A DNA stretch of 64,000 nt. It comes from Chloropicon primus. Taxonomy: Eukaryota. Made by a program: the position numbers and the translations under genes. Location of the stretch: positions 434,001-498,000 of the forward strand of contig CP060756.1 in the NCBI GenBank assembly GCA_023205875.1, in the 5' to 3' direction. Positions 47,095 through 58,569 of this stretch are shown piece by piece; position 1 is the first letter of the stretch, and every line of letters starts with the position of its first letter. A model generated the notes under the pieces. It made no database searches, had not been told where the DNA came from, and saw only the letters and a list, made by a program, of their open reading frames with translations.

Positions 47095-49266
47095 TTACAC
47101 ACTTTTTGGTTGACGCAAGTGCTTCAGGAGGACGTTGCGTGCCCCGTTCACATCCCGACCGCACTTGAAGCCACACTTCTGGCACTTGTACACCTCTGCT
47201 CCACCCAGGTTGTCCTTGATGTGTCCGCACCTGCCACAGGTCTTGGAGGTGTACTCCTCCGTCACGATCGCCAGCTCACTGCCGTGCAAGAGCACCTTGG
47301 AAGCCAAGAACGTTCTGAACGCATAGTGCCTCAACGTCAAGAGCGTGCGAGCCGTCTTCTTCCTGATCACTCGGCGTCTCCCGTTGTTGTTCTTCTTCAC
47401 CATGTCTTGGGACTTGAACTCCGGGAGGAGGATTGTGTCGAACCTCCTGCATAGATCGTTGGCTACCTTTTTGTGAAGCTCGTTCGTCAGACCTCGAAGT
47501 TTCTCCATGCAGGCGTATTGCTGTCTCTTCAAGTCGCGGCGGTCGAGGTAAGGGAGCTTCACCTTTGGGTCTTTGCGCTCGGAAATGATCTCATCAATCC
47601 TCCAGCAGAGGTTGAACAGCCTCGCGAAGCCTCGCTCGCCCGTGGCATACTCCCCGACGCCTTCTTGCGGCGAGTACGACGTCTGAAAGGTCCTGACTCC
47701 CGGATCCAGGGCGACAACCTTCCGCTTGTTCTCAGGCTTCAGGGGTGGCAGGCGATCCCATGGCGTCGCGATGGGAATGTGCATGTGGAACTGCCCAAGG
47801 CGATTTCTTGTGATCTTCACGGCACCCTCGATCTTGCCCCCGGGGATCTCCTCCGTCAAGTACAGGGGCCCGCCGGCCATCTTCTTCTTGAACACCTCCA
47901 GCTTGGTCCACTTGCGTCGTTTCTTGTGCTTCGTATCATCCTTGTGCCTCGTGTTTGGCCTTTCGATCGTCTCCACGTTCTTTAACTCTCTTGCATCAAT
48001 TTCAATAGTCCAAGAGCTTGGTTGCTGACGTTGACGATACTTGAGAACGAAGCGGTGCCCCTTCTTCTCGCCGCGCTCCTTCATCGCTTCCTGCTTCGCG
48101 GTGTTCGAATCCCATGCCTTGATGAGACTTCGCACGGCAGCTTGTCTGATGGCACAGGGGGTTTCCTTCAGCCAAGGATGCTTCTGATTCACAAAGGCCC
48201 CGCTAACGTAGTCCCGGTCCTTGCCCACTTGGATGCGAAAAGCTCTGCCTCCAATTTGGCTCTCGAGTCTCTTCTCTCTGGCCGCGAAAAGCTCTGCCTC
48301 CTGTTTTGTCCATGGCCGTGGAGAGCATTGGATTTCTTTCAGCTCTTTCTCCAGGCCCTCAAAGACCTCAGGGCGTCGCGGTTTGGCCGTCACAAATCTG
48401 TCCAGCAGGACGGTCCAAACCAGCGGAAAATCCTCCTTCTTGACCGCCTCCAAACACTTGTTGTATGTGAAACGCGCAGCTCCCATCCAGTTGCAAAGGC
48501 ATTTCGCCTGCTCAGGGTTCAAGCGCATCCTAAGCTTCCTCGTCCGTATCACCGTTCGCTCCGACAATAGCTTGGAGGTCTTCAGTTTCTGCTCCCTCTT
48601 CCTTTTGGCGGGCGACTGCAATGTCTCGACGGATACCACAGAATCTTCTGGAAGGTTCAAGCACGACCTCCATCCCGTCTTCGGACACTTTACCTCTTCA
48701 AGTTCTCTCTTGATCGATGAGAACCAGGTCTTCTTCACGCTGTCGTCCGCCAAGCCACCCGGCTGCTTCCCTGCTTTCTTCCCCCTCTTGTTGCCCTTCT
48801 TCTTGCCCTTCTTCTTGTTCTTCTTCTTGCCCTTCTTGCGAGGCTTCTTGCGAGGCTTGCCTGACGAGCTCGAACTCTCACCCGCAGAGGCGTCCGCCTC
48901 CGGCGGCTTCCCCTTCCGCTTCCCCCCCCGCTTCTTGCGAGGCGTGCTCGAACCCTCCTCGAAAGCAGAGGCGGGGTCGTCCAGCGGCTTCTCCTTCCGC
49001 TTCCCCCCCCGCTTCTTGCGAGGCGTGCTCGAACCCTCACCCGCAGAGGCGGGGTCGTCCGCGTTAGGAAGCAGGCACAACGCGTAGAGCCACGCTAAAC
49101 CCTGATTCCAGAACCGAAGTAACGGCCGCTCCGTCGTCGGAGACTCCTGCCCCGACTTCGAAGCGCCCTGAGCATGACTCTCGCCAGAGTGCGACCTCCT
49201 TGTGGAACTCGTCGAGCCACTCCCCTGCTTCTCCTTTTTCTTACGGCGCTTCCCTGATCGCGCCAT
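47095..49266 (-). CDS. Fanzor2 (IS607-type TnpB-derived RNA-guided endonuclease), 723 aa
   Basis: RTRKLRMRLNPEQ...WMGAARFTYN; WLKETP; RuvC-I VALDPGVRTF; RuvC-II ILLPEF; HYAFR; zinc finger EEYTSKTCGRCG...CQKCG; RuvC-III RDVNGARNVL. Confidence 0.93.
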   Translation of the reverse strand: MARSGKRRKKKEKQGSGSTSSTRRSHSGESHAQGASKSGQESPTTERPLLRFWNQGLAWLYALCLLPNADDPASAGEGSSTPRKKRGGKRKEKPLDDPASAFEEGSSTPRKKRGGKRKGKPPEADASAGESSSSSGKPRKKPRKKGKKKNKKKGKKKGNKRGKKAGKQPGGLADDSVKKTWFSSIKRELEEVKCPKTGWRSCLNLPEDSVVSVETLQSPAKRKREQKLKTSKLLSERTVIRTRKLRMRLNPEQAKCLCNWMGAARFTYNKCLEAVKKEDFPLVWTVLLDRFVTAKPRRPEVFEGLEKELKEIQCSPRPWTKQEAELFAAREKRLESQIGGRAFRIQVGKDRDYVSGAFVNQKHPWLKETPCAIRQAAVRSLIKAWDSNTAKQEAMKERGEKKGHRFVLKYRQRQQPSSWTIEIDARELKNVETIERPNTRHKDDTKHKKRRKWTKLEVFKKKMAGGPLYLTEEIPGGKIEGAVKITRNRLGQFHMHIPIATPWDRLPPLKPENKRKVVALDPGVRTFQTSYSPQEGVGEYATGERGFARLFNLCWRIDEIISERKDPKVKLPYLDRRDLKRQQYACMEKLRGLTNELHKKVANDLCRRFDTILLPEFKSQDMVKKNNNGRRRVIRKKTARTLLTLRHYAFRTFLASKVLLHGSELAIVTEEYTSKTCGRCGHIKDNLGGAEVYKCQKCGFKCGRDVNGARNVLLKHLRQPKSV

Positions 49267-49490
49267 GACCGGTAGGGTTTCACTCGCTGCCCTCCTCGTA
49301 ACTCCTCGTAACTATAGATTTGCCTTGTCCAGCAAGTGAGAACACGAAAAAAACGCTTAGTGGGTTGTCCTTTGGGTGTGACCAAACTGGTATACACTGG
49401 AATCCCACCAACAGGGGAAAACCTCCAACACAGCTGTCTGTCGGGTCGCGTCCGTCGAGTCGAGAGGAGGAAAGGGAAAGGCCAAGGCAG

Positions 49491-51375
49491 ATGATGAGGC
49501 GACGCAAGCCCGGGGTTTCCGAGTCGACCAGCGGTCGGCAGGATGCCTCCCTTCGGTCGCCCCCTCACATGAAGTCCACCTCCCGCGCGGAACCCACGAA
49601 GGCTTCCTTGTTGGGTACCCGAAAGGGCTTCGTACTCGCCGTTTTCGTTTTGGCTTGTGGCAGGGGACTGAGCGCGGCATTCAACATCATACACGATTGC
49701 GATGAGACGTATAACTACTGGGAGCCTCTGCACTACTTGCTTTACGGCAAAGGGTTTCAGACGTGGGAATATAGGTCGGTGCTTCTCGTGTCACTCTCAA
49801 CCAACTCGCTCTCTGCTGACAAATCTGACAACCACATCATCATGACTTTCTCTTTCTCTCTGTGTTGTGTTGTGTGTGTGCGTGTTGTGTGTGTTTTGTC
49901 TCTACTTTAGCCCGGAGTTTGCCCTTCGCTCGTACCTGTACATTATCATCCATTACGTGTTCGCCAAGCCGCTATCGATGATGGGCATCGTTGTCGGGGG
50001 GAGCACGAAGCTAGGGGTCTTCTATGGCATGAGGTGCCTGTTTGGGCTTGTGTCTGCACTCACTGAAGGTTATTTGGTCTATGCACTGGGCAAGAGCAAG
50101 AGGGCTCCAGAGGGCTGGGCTACACTGTGCTTCCTTGCAACATCGGGTGGAATGTTCATTTCAAGCACCTCCTTCTTGCCGGGGACGTTCTCCATGTACT
50201 TCTTCACCGTGGCCACTGCAGGCGTCTTGCTGGGGAACCGGAACGCGCTAGTCATTGCTTCTTGCGCGGCGTCGGTGATTCTTGGTTGGTCCGTCACGGC
50301 AATTGCGGCCGTTCCTTATGCCGTATGGGTTCTGGCGACAGGAAACTTTGGGAAGTCCCTCAGCGTGGCTGTCGTCAGTGCCGGGAGCATGCTTCTCGGG
50401 ACGTTTGTCTTCGATTCCTACTTCTATGGAAAGTACGCTCTTTCACTCTACAGCTTTCTCAGTTACAACGTGTTTGGAAGCGGGGATAGCGCCCTTTACG
50501 GCGTGGAGAACTCCACATACTACTTTCGAAACGGATTGAACACCTTGAATGTTCTCCTTCCACTGTCACTGGTGGCTCCACTCTTACTTGTCCTGAGACT
50601 TTGCTTTTCAAACAGCAAGCGGGCAGCGGGGAACTTCTTCGCGGCTTGTTCTCCCCAGTGGCTGTGGATTCTTGCCATCACCCTGCTGCCCCACAAAGAG
50701 GAGAGGTTCCTGTACGTCGTGTACCCCCAGATCATTCTGGCTGCAGCCTACACCGTCGTCCAGGTGGGGAACATCGTTGCGCAGGTGGCCGGAAAGCACC
50801 AGGACTTGCTGAGATCCGGTGTCTTTGCTGGGGCGCTTGCTGTTACCACGGCTCTCTCCGCGAGCCGTGTCGGCGCCCTGCTGTGGAACTATGATGCGAA
50901 CTTGAAGATTTACTTGGGCTTGAGCAATCCTGCAGAAACTCCGCAGCCCTGCGTCGTCTGCGTGGGAAGTGAATGGTACGAGTTCCCCTCAAGCTTCTTC
51001 GTTCCGCAGAACTGCGAGATGAATTTTGTCAAGAGCGATTTCGATGGCGTTCTGCCAGCCCAGTTTGACTCTGCTCTGGGGGGCACTCGGTATGGCGCGA
51101 GCTATTTGAACGACAGGAACGAAGCTCACGACCTGCAGTTCATGAGCGATGAATCCAAGTGCACTTACCTCGTGTCCCTAAAGTACGACGGGGAGCTTCT
51201 GCCTAAGAAGCAAGACGAAAGGCTCTGGGTGGAAAACAAGTGGGAAACGGCTCGGGAGCTGCCTTACGTGCAAAGCGCCTCATCTCCAGCTCTGTACAGG
51301 GCGCTGTACATCCCCTTCGTCTCAGCAAAAAAGTTGGTGTACAACTACTACGTCCTTTACAGATCCAAGACTTAA
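49491..51375 (+). CDS. ALG9: Alpha-1,2-mannosyltransferase ALG9; intron 49775-49910
   Basis: IIHDCDETYNYWEPLHYLLYGKGFQTWEYS/PEFALRSY; PHKEERF; CVGSEWYEFPSSFF. Confidence 0.94.
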
Positions 51376-51485
51376 AAGTGGTCAGAGACCTTGTTGTTGA
51401 TGTACTACAGTTCTGCCAAAATCAAACATGGGCCAACACGCTTTATTCTTGTCGAGGAGGATACTCATGACTTTTGTTCCGGCCC

Positions 51486-52553
51486 TCACTTTTGCCTCTT
51501 GTAAATTTTCTTCAAAAGCTTCATGTACAAGCCAGCGGGGACGAAAGTCTGCCTCTCTATGAGCTCCTGCAGCCTCTTGTAGCTCTCGTTCTCGTACTCC
51601 TTGAAGTCCTTCTCCACGTCGATTTCCCTGTAAACCGCCTTGATCTTCGCGACGCAGCTAGGGTCCTTCTTCCCGTAATTCTCCTGAATAGTTTTCTTCT
51701 GAGCCTCGTTCATCTTTTCTAACCCCTTGCAGATAAGCCAGCCGCACTTGTTGTCTTCTATGTCCGTCCCGATCTTCCCAATGACCTCTGGGTCTCCGAA
51801 ACAATCCAGGTAGTCGTCCTGGGCCTGGAAGTACGTTCCCATCTCGACGCAGATCTCCTTGCAGCTCTCAAACGCCTCCTCCTTGTCCACCCCGCCGAGG
51901 ACCATCCCGCAAGCGAGGGGCAAGTAGAACGAGTAGTAAGCCGTTTTGAACTCCACGATCGTGTTGTACGTCTTCATCTCGTACTTGGACAGGTCCACGA
52001 CTCCTGGTGGGGCGGTGATCAGGTCAAGGAGCTGGCCAGTCGAGGTCTGGAAGGTGGTCTCCAGGAACAGATCAAGGAGCTGCACGTAGTACGGCTTGGT
52101 CCTAAAGTGCTTCTTCAGTATGCGGTAGATGCTCGCCTCAAGGAATATGCTGTCGTTGCAAGCCACGGTCCCGACCTCCTTTCTCTTGTACCAGCAAGGC
52201 TGGCCCCTGCGCGTCACCGAGTCATCCATCAGATCGTCCGCAACCAGGAAGAAGGCCTGCAACCACTCAATGCACCAGCCCAAAATGTTGGCCTCCTCCA
52301 CCTCCGCTTCCGTCAGATCTGGCTTGATCGTCAGAAGACCATCGAGCACCGCCATTCCCCTGTTCAACTTCCCCTTGGGAACGTTGTAGCTCTGCATGAA
52401 GCTGATCCATTTCTGAGCATATTCCGGCTGCCGCTTCACGAACTCGTCGTCCAAGACGTCCTTGGCCAAATTCTCGAACACAGCGAGAAAGGCTTCCTTG
52501 GAAACCTTGGCATCCTCCACTTTCCTCTGCTTCGTTGGTGGCTGCTCCGACAT
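51486..52553 (-). CDS. FPS: Farnesyl diphosphate synthase
   Basis: GKLNRG, FFLVADDLMDDSVTRRGQPCWY, QAQDDYLD, GKIGTDIEDNKC, IYKRQK. Confidence 0.96.
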   Translation of the reverse strand: MSEQPPTKQRKVEDAKVSKEAFLAVFENLAKDVLDDEFVKRQPEYAQKWISFMQSYNVPKGKLNRGMAVLDGLLTIKPDLTEAEVEEANILGWCIEWLQAFFLVADDLMDDSVTRRGQPCWYKRKEVGTVACNDSIFLEASIYRILKKHFRTKPYYVQLLDLFLETTFQTSTGQLLDLITAPPGVVDLSKYEMKTYNTIVEFKTAYYSFYLPLACGMVLGGVDKEEAFESCKEICVEMGTYFQAQDDYLDCFGDPEVIGKIGTDIEDNKCGWLICKGLEKMNEAQKKTIQENYGKKDPSCVAKIKAVYREIDVEKDFKEYENESYKRLQELIERQTFVPAGLYMKLLKKIYKRQK

Positions 52554-52978
52554 CTCTCTCCCTCTCTCTCTTCCCTTCCCTTCCCTTCTCTCTCTCTCTC
52601 TCTCTCTCTTCGTCGTCGTCGTCGCCGCTTCTCTCTCTGAGATCATCTCGCAGCCACACAAACTCACCCAGGAGCCTCCATCCGTGTTTGGAGAAGACTT
52701 TTGGACGCGGCGAGGGTATCGCAAGGGAGTCGCAGGTCAAGGACATCAACCTGCGTCTCGCGGGCTTTCGAACGAGTGCTCACTTGACGGATTTGACGCT
52801 TGGGTTGCGAGAGGAAACGTGGGGAGGACCAGAGTCTCTACCCCGCGCGCGTGGGATGCTTCAGGGGAGGAGAGGGTGAGGGTGCGAACGCGTTAGGTTT
52901 GTGCTCTCCTGGGTTGGAGGAAGGGGAGGTTTGGTTTGGTTTTTGGATCGATCCGTCGACTTGGAGGGGAGCGGGGAG

Positions 52979-54034
52979 ATGGTGGACGTGCATAAGAAAA
53001 AGGGCCGTACGAGGCAGATCCTCGACAAGTCCAGAGACCTTCTGGGGAAGTGGGCCTCGTTCGCGGTCTGGAGGGAGGAACTTGGTCTTGCGGAGATCAT
53101 CCAGCGCCGAGGAAAGCTGTGGCAGAACATGGGCATGCAAGTGAAGGAGAACTACTTTTGCAACGCGATAGAAGCCGCGTTCATGAACGACAGGTGCAAT
53201 CTGTTGGTGTCCAGGAACCACGCGATCATGAGCGTCAGGGACCACTTCGCCCTTCTGCTCCGGAACAGCATTACTTGGCAGAGCTACTTCTCGTACAACT
53301 ACCTGAAGAAGGCCGGGTACAGCCTGTTTCCCAATCCAGGGTCCTGGCTGAACGAGACCTTTGACGGGGTGAAGGTAGAGCCTACCCTGGCGAGAAAGGT
53401 TAGCGAGAAGGCCAAAGTCGCGCCCAAGGGGGGCAGCGACGAAGCGACGAAGCAAGAAGAAGGAGGGCCTGCCAAAGCAGCCCTGGACTCCCTTGGCAGG
53501 CCCAACAAGAAAAGGAGGACGGGTGGAGGAGGGGAGGAGTCCGCGCCCGCGCTGCACGCCGGGAAGGCCTTGGCCGCTGACGCACGCGAGCCGGAGAGTG
53601 AGGAACAAAGAGAGTCAAGGCAATGGTGGCACCCAATGGACTCGGAAAAGTCTTGGCTCCACGGCATGGGGGAGGTGCCAAAGGAGCCGAAGAGCGCTTT
53701 CGAGCCCATCGTCCTCAGGACGAAGACGGGGGCGTTCCCAAACTTGTGGTCTTTCGGAAAGAAGGACACTTTCTCGATGGATCTGGAAGAGGACACCTTT
53801 CACAGTTTCGAGGCGAGCGTGATCACTGGAAACACCCCGGGACGCAAGAAAAAGCCTGATTTTTCAGTCCACGTTCCAAAACAAAAGTGCGAAGGCCTGA
53901 CGTGGCAACAAGCCCATTTTGCTGCAAACCTGAGCAAAAAGCAAAGGAACAAGCCGACCAAGCTGTCCTTCATCGACGGAAGCTCGGTGTGCTTCTTCTC
54001 GTTGTCTCACATGAGCGATCACCCCGCCATGTAA
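52979..54034 (+). CDS. SEN54: tRNA-splicing endonuclease subunit Sen54-like
   Basis: W...LAEII..RGKLWQNMG...IEAAFMNDR and YFSYNYLKKAGY motifs. Confidence 0.7.
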   Translation: MVDVHKKKGRTRQILDKSRDLLGKWASFAVWREELGLAEIIQRRGKLWQNMGMQVKENYFCNAIEAAFMNDRCNLLVSRNHAIMSVRDHFALLLRNSITWQSYFSYNYLKKAGYSLFPNPGSWLNETFDGVKVEPTLARKVSEKAKVAPKGGSDEATKQEEGGPAKAALDSLGRPNKKRRTGGGGEESAPALHAGKALAADAREPESEEQRESRQWWHPMDSEKSWLHGMGEVPKEPKSAFEPIVLRTKTGAFPNLWSFGKKDTFSMDLEEDTFHSFEASVITGNTPGRKKKPDFSVHVPKQKCEGLTWQQAHFAANLSKKQRNKPTKLSFIDGSSVCFFSLSHMSDHPAM

Positions 54035-56358
54035 AATAAAGCGATTGTTATTTACGTATACAAAATTAAGTTGATCTCTCATCTGATGATCTTGCTGCGA
54101 GGAACCTCGAACTGTGTTTGCTCAAGTCTTTTCTTTCCATTCGGCCCCGAAACCCCGAAACCCCATCCAAAGAAACAATAAATAAAAGGTAATGATATGA
54201 TGCTTCTTCTTCGAGTATAAATTCCATCCTCGCACGCAAAGGGCCGCAACGCCATTCTTTTTCTCAGATTAATGAAGAAAGATCCACAAGGAGGGTGTAT
54301 CCAATGCAAACATGAAACATGAAAATACGTATTCTTGAGACAACTACGGATTTTGACGCAGCGCACCTCCTACAATTTCATACGAAGTTAAACGCCAGCA
54401 CTCTTTCTGCTTTCGAGTCCTGATTCGCACCTTGTAATGTTTTCAATTGACAAACGTGCTGTTGCGGCAAGAAGATATCCGAAGACGCAGCTGAGCCTCG
54501 AGTGTTCCAGAAAAACACGCCATTATCTCTCGAAATCTCTTTTGGTATATCTTACCCAAACATCAGCGCATCAGCTGCATGTTCTTCTTTTGCTGGCTGC
54601 AATCTTTGCTGTCGATATATGTATGAGAAGATGCAGAGAGTAACGCATTACTAAAGCGCTAAAACAATAAGTAAAAAGATATAATTTGCTACTCTCGCGG
54701 TTGCCGTTTCCTGTCCTTGTTTAATAAAAAAGGAAAAGATTCACCATGAAATGAGCTTGTGCCTCATTCATAGCTGAAAAACTTTTAATTAACGCTTTAA
54801 AGGTATGGCAGAATAAGTCTTCGTTTTTAACCAAGTGCAGTTCATTAAATATGTTTGATTGTTGGGATCGCCATGTCATCAGCTGCGACTCCAGGGTCAA
54901 TTCCATAATGCACAAGCGCTTCCTACAACCGCCTCATTTCTTTCCACAAAGCCCTATATTTCTTTCATCAGCGGCGTGTACAGAAGAATTTCATGCAAAT
55001 GAATGCATCTCCTGACTTTGGCAACATCCGATTGCTTCTACCTGCATTTAGCTTGTATTGCATGATTTGTATTGCACAAATCCTATATTTACGCAACTTT
55101 ACAAAATGAAACGTTAACAAGAGTATTGGCACGACGCTAAAAAAACATCTCCGACACTAGGAAGATATATAATCTTATGCAAATGGGCAAAGAAAACTGA
55201 TATGAAGAAGACCGATGCAGTTTCGCTTGAAATATTATTGTGCGCAACGGACTCATTGCAGAAAAAGTGCATTTAAGCTCAATGTGAAAGCATAAAACAT
55301 AACACTGAAAATATAAACATGGTACCATAATAATATTAGCCATATAAAGTTTTTTTTTCTACCAAAACATTAATACACGACCATGAAAACATATATAAAT
55401 ATGCACTAAATGTCCAACGGGTCACAAGAAGTAAATGCATTAGCGGAGGTGCATGAATACCTCTTCGAAGTCTGAAAGGATAACTTGCCATCTAATGCAT
55501 CACAGAATGGCGCAAAAGAAAAATCATTTTGAGCGAAGGTTGTGTCTTTTTATATTCACTAAACGAATGGGCGCTGCCACTTTTTTTCTTATTGCACGAT
55601 CGAGTGGTTAATGATCAATATTTGTAATATTTGGCTCGAGAATGTCCCCTTACATTCTGCGCATTTAGGAAATACACACGAGTTGTTTATTTCGTTGATT
55701 AGTTCTTGACGTGAAGTTTCGAATGGCATAAAGGAAGCAATTCTTCGTACTCGTGACATCGCAGATAAGGAGCGGCATTTTTTTGTGCCACACGGAGCTT
55801 TCCATGAGCAAGCGATCGCGAATGCCTTTTACAAGCTCGCAAAGCGCTCTCTGGCGACTGGGACGAAAAGGCAACGCCATATTCTGCGACGGCGGGAAGG
55901 GCCGCGAATGCAGCATGGCGGTGAGCGAGTGCATGAGAAAGCTAAAGGATGGAGGAATTCGTCTGTTTTAAGTCGCATTCTGTTTTCCATGAATCGTTTG
56001 CAATGCAATATATTTGTTGAGGCCATTCGTCGCACAAAAAAAAGAAAGGGTTGCAGCACGACGTCCGTCCTCTTATGGGGTTGGCCGTGTGTAGCCATTC
56101 ATGGTGGACACGGAAGTGGTCTCTTATGGATTATTCTCTGGCGATCATATCCTAAAACTCTCGTGTGAGTTCTCATGTAGAGATAGAATGATGTGGCGAG
56201 GGATTCCATCCAGATGCAGGCGAGACCTCGTGCGAAAAGGAGGCAAATCGTCGATGAGTATATATTTAATACTTCAGCAACTAAGTCACAGAAATCCGAG
56301 AAAAGAGAATATGCTATTACATGGTGGCCCTTACAAACGTGTTTACAGAGATCAGCCT

Positions 56359-58377
56359 TCAGATTTCATCGGGAGGGATGCAATTTTCGCTGTCAATGAG
56401 ATCGCAGGGGAAGATGTCTCTTGGTTCTGGGTACTGCAAGAACGTCTTTCCCTTGAGGTACCTGTTGAGAAGGCGGGTGGTAGAGAAGTTGAATCCATCT
56501 GACGCCTCTATCAGCCTGCTCTGTGTCCTTGCAGAGTTCATCTTGGACCTGCACTTGCTTGCGAGGACCTTGCCGAGCTCAACTCCCCACTGGTCAAAAC
56601 TGTTAATTCCCCACACAAAGCCCTTGACGGCAACCATCGCCTCGTACAGGGACAGGATCTGGCCAGTCGTGTAGGCGTTGAGTTCCGGGAGAAGGATGCT
56701 CGTGGAGGGCCTGTTCCCCGTAAAGGTCTTGTGAGGGATCAGGTTATCCGGGACATTTTCTGCCCTGAGCTCCACCGCGTTCTTGCCCGTCGCCAGAGCA
56801 TCAGCCTGCGCAAAGAAGTTGCACATCAGCTCATCGTGGTTTGACACGATTTCTCCCTTGAGGTACACGCTCTGCTGACTCTTGATCGTTCCAATGAAGT
56901 CGCAAGGGATCACGCGGCCCTGGTGAATCAGCTGGTAAAAGCTATGCTGGCCGTTGGTCCCGGGCTCACCAAAGTCAATCTGGCCGGCCTCGAACTTCAG
57001 TGGCTTTCCGTTCATGTCGACCCCCTTTCCGTTGCTTTCCATGCTCACCTGCTGGATGTGCGGCGCCAGCTTGGCAAGTGCCTGGCAGTAGGGCAGGATC
57101 GCCCTCGCTGGGTAGTGCAGGAAGGAGATGTTCCAAAGGTTGATGAGCCCAAGCGTCACCGGGATGTTCTTCTCGAACGGCGCGTTCAAGAAGTGGTTGT
57201 CGATGTCTCTGGCGCCCTCCAGGAACTGCTCCATGATGCCAAAGCCGTACTGGAGCGAAAGGGGGAGCATGCCAACAGCACTGCAGACGCTGTACCTGCC
57301 TCCCACCCAGTCCCAGAACTCAAAGGTGTTGTCAGGGTCGATGCCAAACTGGCTCACCAGCTTTACGTTGGTGCTCACCGCGACCATGTGCTTCGAGACG
57401 GCCTCCTCGCCCAGCTCCGCTGTGATCCACTTCCTCACGGTCCTCGCGTTCAGCATCGTCTCCGCCGTGGTGAACGTCTTCGATATGATGACCACCATGG
57501 TCGTCTCCTGGTTCAGGTTGTGGAGGGCCCTCGCCACGTCCACGGGGTCCACGTTCGCGAGGAACCTCAGCCTCCTCCCGGAGGCCTTCATCGAGGCCAC
57601 GGGCTCCGTCTTCAGGGCCGTGTGCACGAACAGGGGCCCCAGGAAGGAGCCGCCGATTCCGATGGCCACCACGTCCCTGATCGGCTTCCCGGTCGCTCCG
57701 AGCCACTCCCCGTTCCTCACCTGATCAGAGAAGTGCTTGATCTTGTCGAGAACCTTCCAGACGTCCTCCACCACGTTCTTGCCGTTCACGATCAGCTCCT
57801 TGTTCCTCTCCGCCCTCGTCGCCACGTGCAGGACCGACCTGTGCTCCGTCTCGTTGATCTGCTCGCCCTGGAACATCTGCTCGATCTTCTCCTTCAGGCC
57901 GGCCTCCTTGGCGAGGTCGAAGAGGAGCTCCAGGGTTTCCGGCGTCACCCTCTGGCGGGAGAAGTCAGAGTACAGCCCGTTGTGCTCCAACGAGAGGCGA
58001 AGGCAGCGCTCCTCGTCCTTGAGGAGGTAGCGCAAGTGCGTCTCCTCGATCTCGGGTATGTGGTCCACGAGGGCCTTCCACGCCGGCGTGTCCGCGATGG
58101 AGGCGTACTTCTCCGCGGAGGACTTCACCGCCTCGCTCATGTCCAACGCGTTCACCGAGTGGTCCTTCCTCGAGCTCCCGCACGCCGTCGTCCCCTGCCT
58201 CGAGCTCTGGACGAGGTTCTTTGGGGAAGCCGCTGGGCCAGTGACGTTCCCCGCCGCTTTCCTTGGGGACGTTGGGGATTTCTTCCCGTTCACGTTGACG
58301 TTGACGTTGATGTTGATGTTCCCGCCGCCGTTCGCCTTCTTCGGACCAGGTTTGCTCGCCGACACACGACTCAGCAT
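56359..58377 (-). CDS. PGI: Glucose-6-phosphate isomerase, cytosolic plant-type, with N-terminal extension
   Basis: [62 protein letters not shown]. Confidence 0.97.
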   Translation of the reverse strand: MLSRVSASKPGPKKANGGGNININVNVNVNGKKSPTSPRKAAGNVTGPAASPKNLVQSSRQGTTACGSSRKDHSVNALDMSEAVKSSAEKYASIADTPAWKALVDHIPEIEETHLRYLLKDEERCLRLSLEHNGLYSDFSRQRVTPETLELLFDLAKEAGLKEKIEQMFQGEQINETEHRSVLHVATRAERNKELIVNGKNVVEDVWKVLDKIKHFSDQVRNGEWLGATGKPIRDVVAIGIGGSFLGPLFVHTALKTEPVASMKASGRRLRFLANVDPVDVARALHNLNQETTMVVIISKTFTTAETMLNARTVRKWITAELGEEAVSKHMVAVSTNVKLVSQFGIDPDNTFEFWDWVGGRYSVCSAVGMLPLSLQYGFGIMEQFLEGARDIDNHFLNAPFEKNIPVTLGLINLWNISFLHYPARAILPYCQALAKLAPHIQQVSMESNGKGVDMNGKPLKFEAGQIDFGEPGTNGQHSFYQLIHQGRVIPCDFIGTIKSQQSVYLKGEIVSNHDELMCNFFAQADALATGKNAVELRAENVPDNLIPHKTFTGNRPSTSILLPELNAYTTGQILSLYEAMVAVKGFVWGINSFDQWGVELGKVLASKCRSKMNSARTQSRLIEASDGFNFSTTRLLNRYLKGKTFLQYPEPRDIFPCDLIDSENCIPPDEI

Positions 58378-58569
58378 GGCGACGACTCACGACTCGTCAC
58401 TCGCCGTGACTCTCTAGCTCTGCTGCTGCCAACGGATGGCTGGCAAGCAACAATATGAAATCGATCCTCAACAGATGGAGGGGCAGGAGGGGAAGGAAGA
58501 ATGAATGGCTTCTGGTACATGACCGCAAGCCACCGCAATGACACACCGCATGGATATTTTCGTTGCATT

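Larger units (their letters stand above)
46939..49420 (-). mobile_element. Non-autonomous Fanzor-carrying element (5' end undetermined, between 49267 and ~49490)
   Basis: Fanzor plus scaffold lie between two housekeeping genes. No transposase/TnpA ORF detected. Confidence 0.55.

Noticed and set aside
49095..49733. Possible TnpA/serine recombinase upstream of Fanzor
   Set aside because: No YARVS-type motif, and the ORF overlaps ALG9 antisense.
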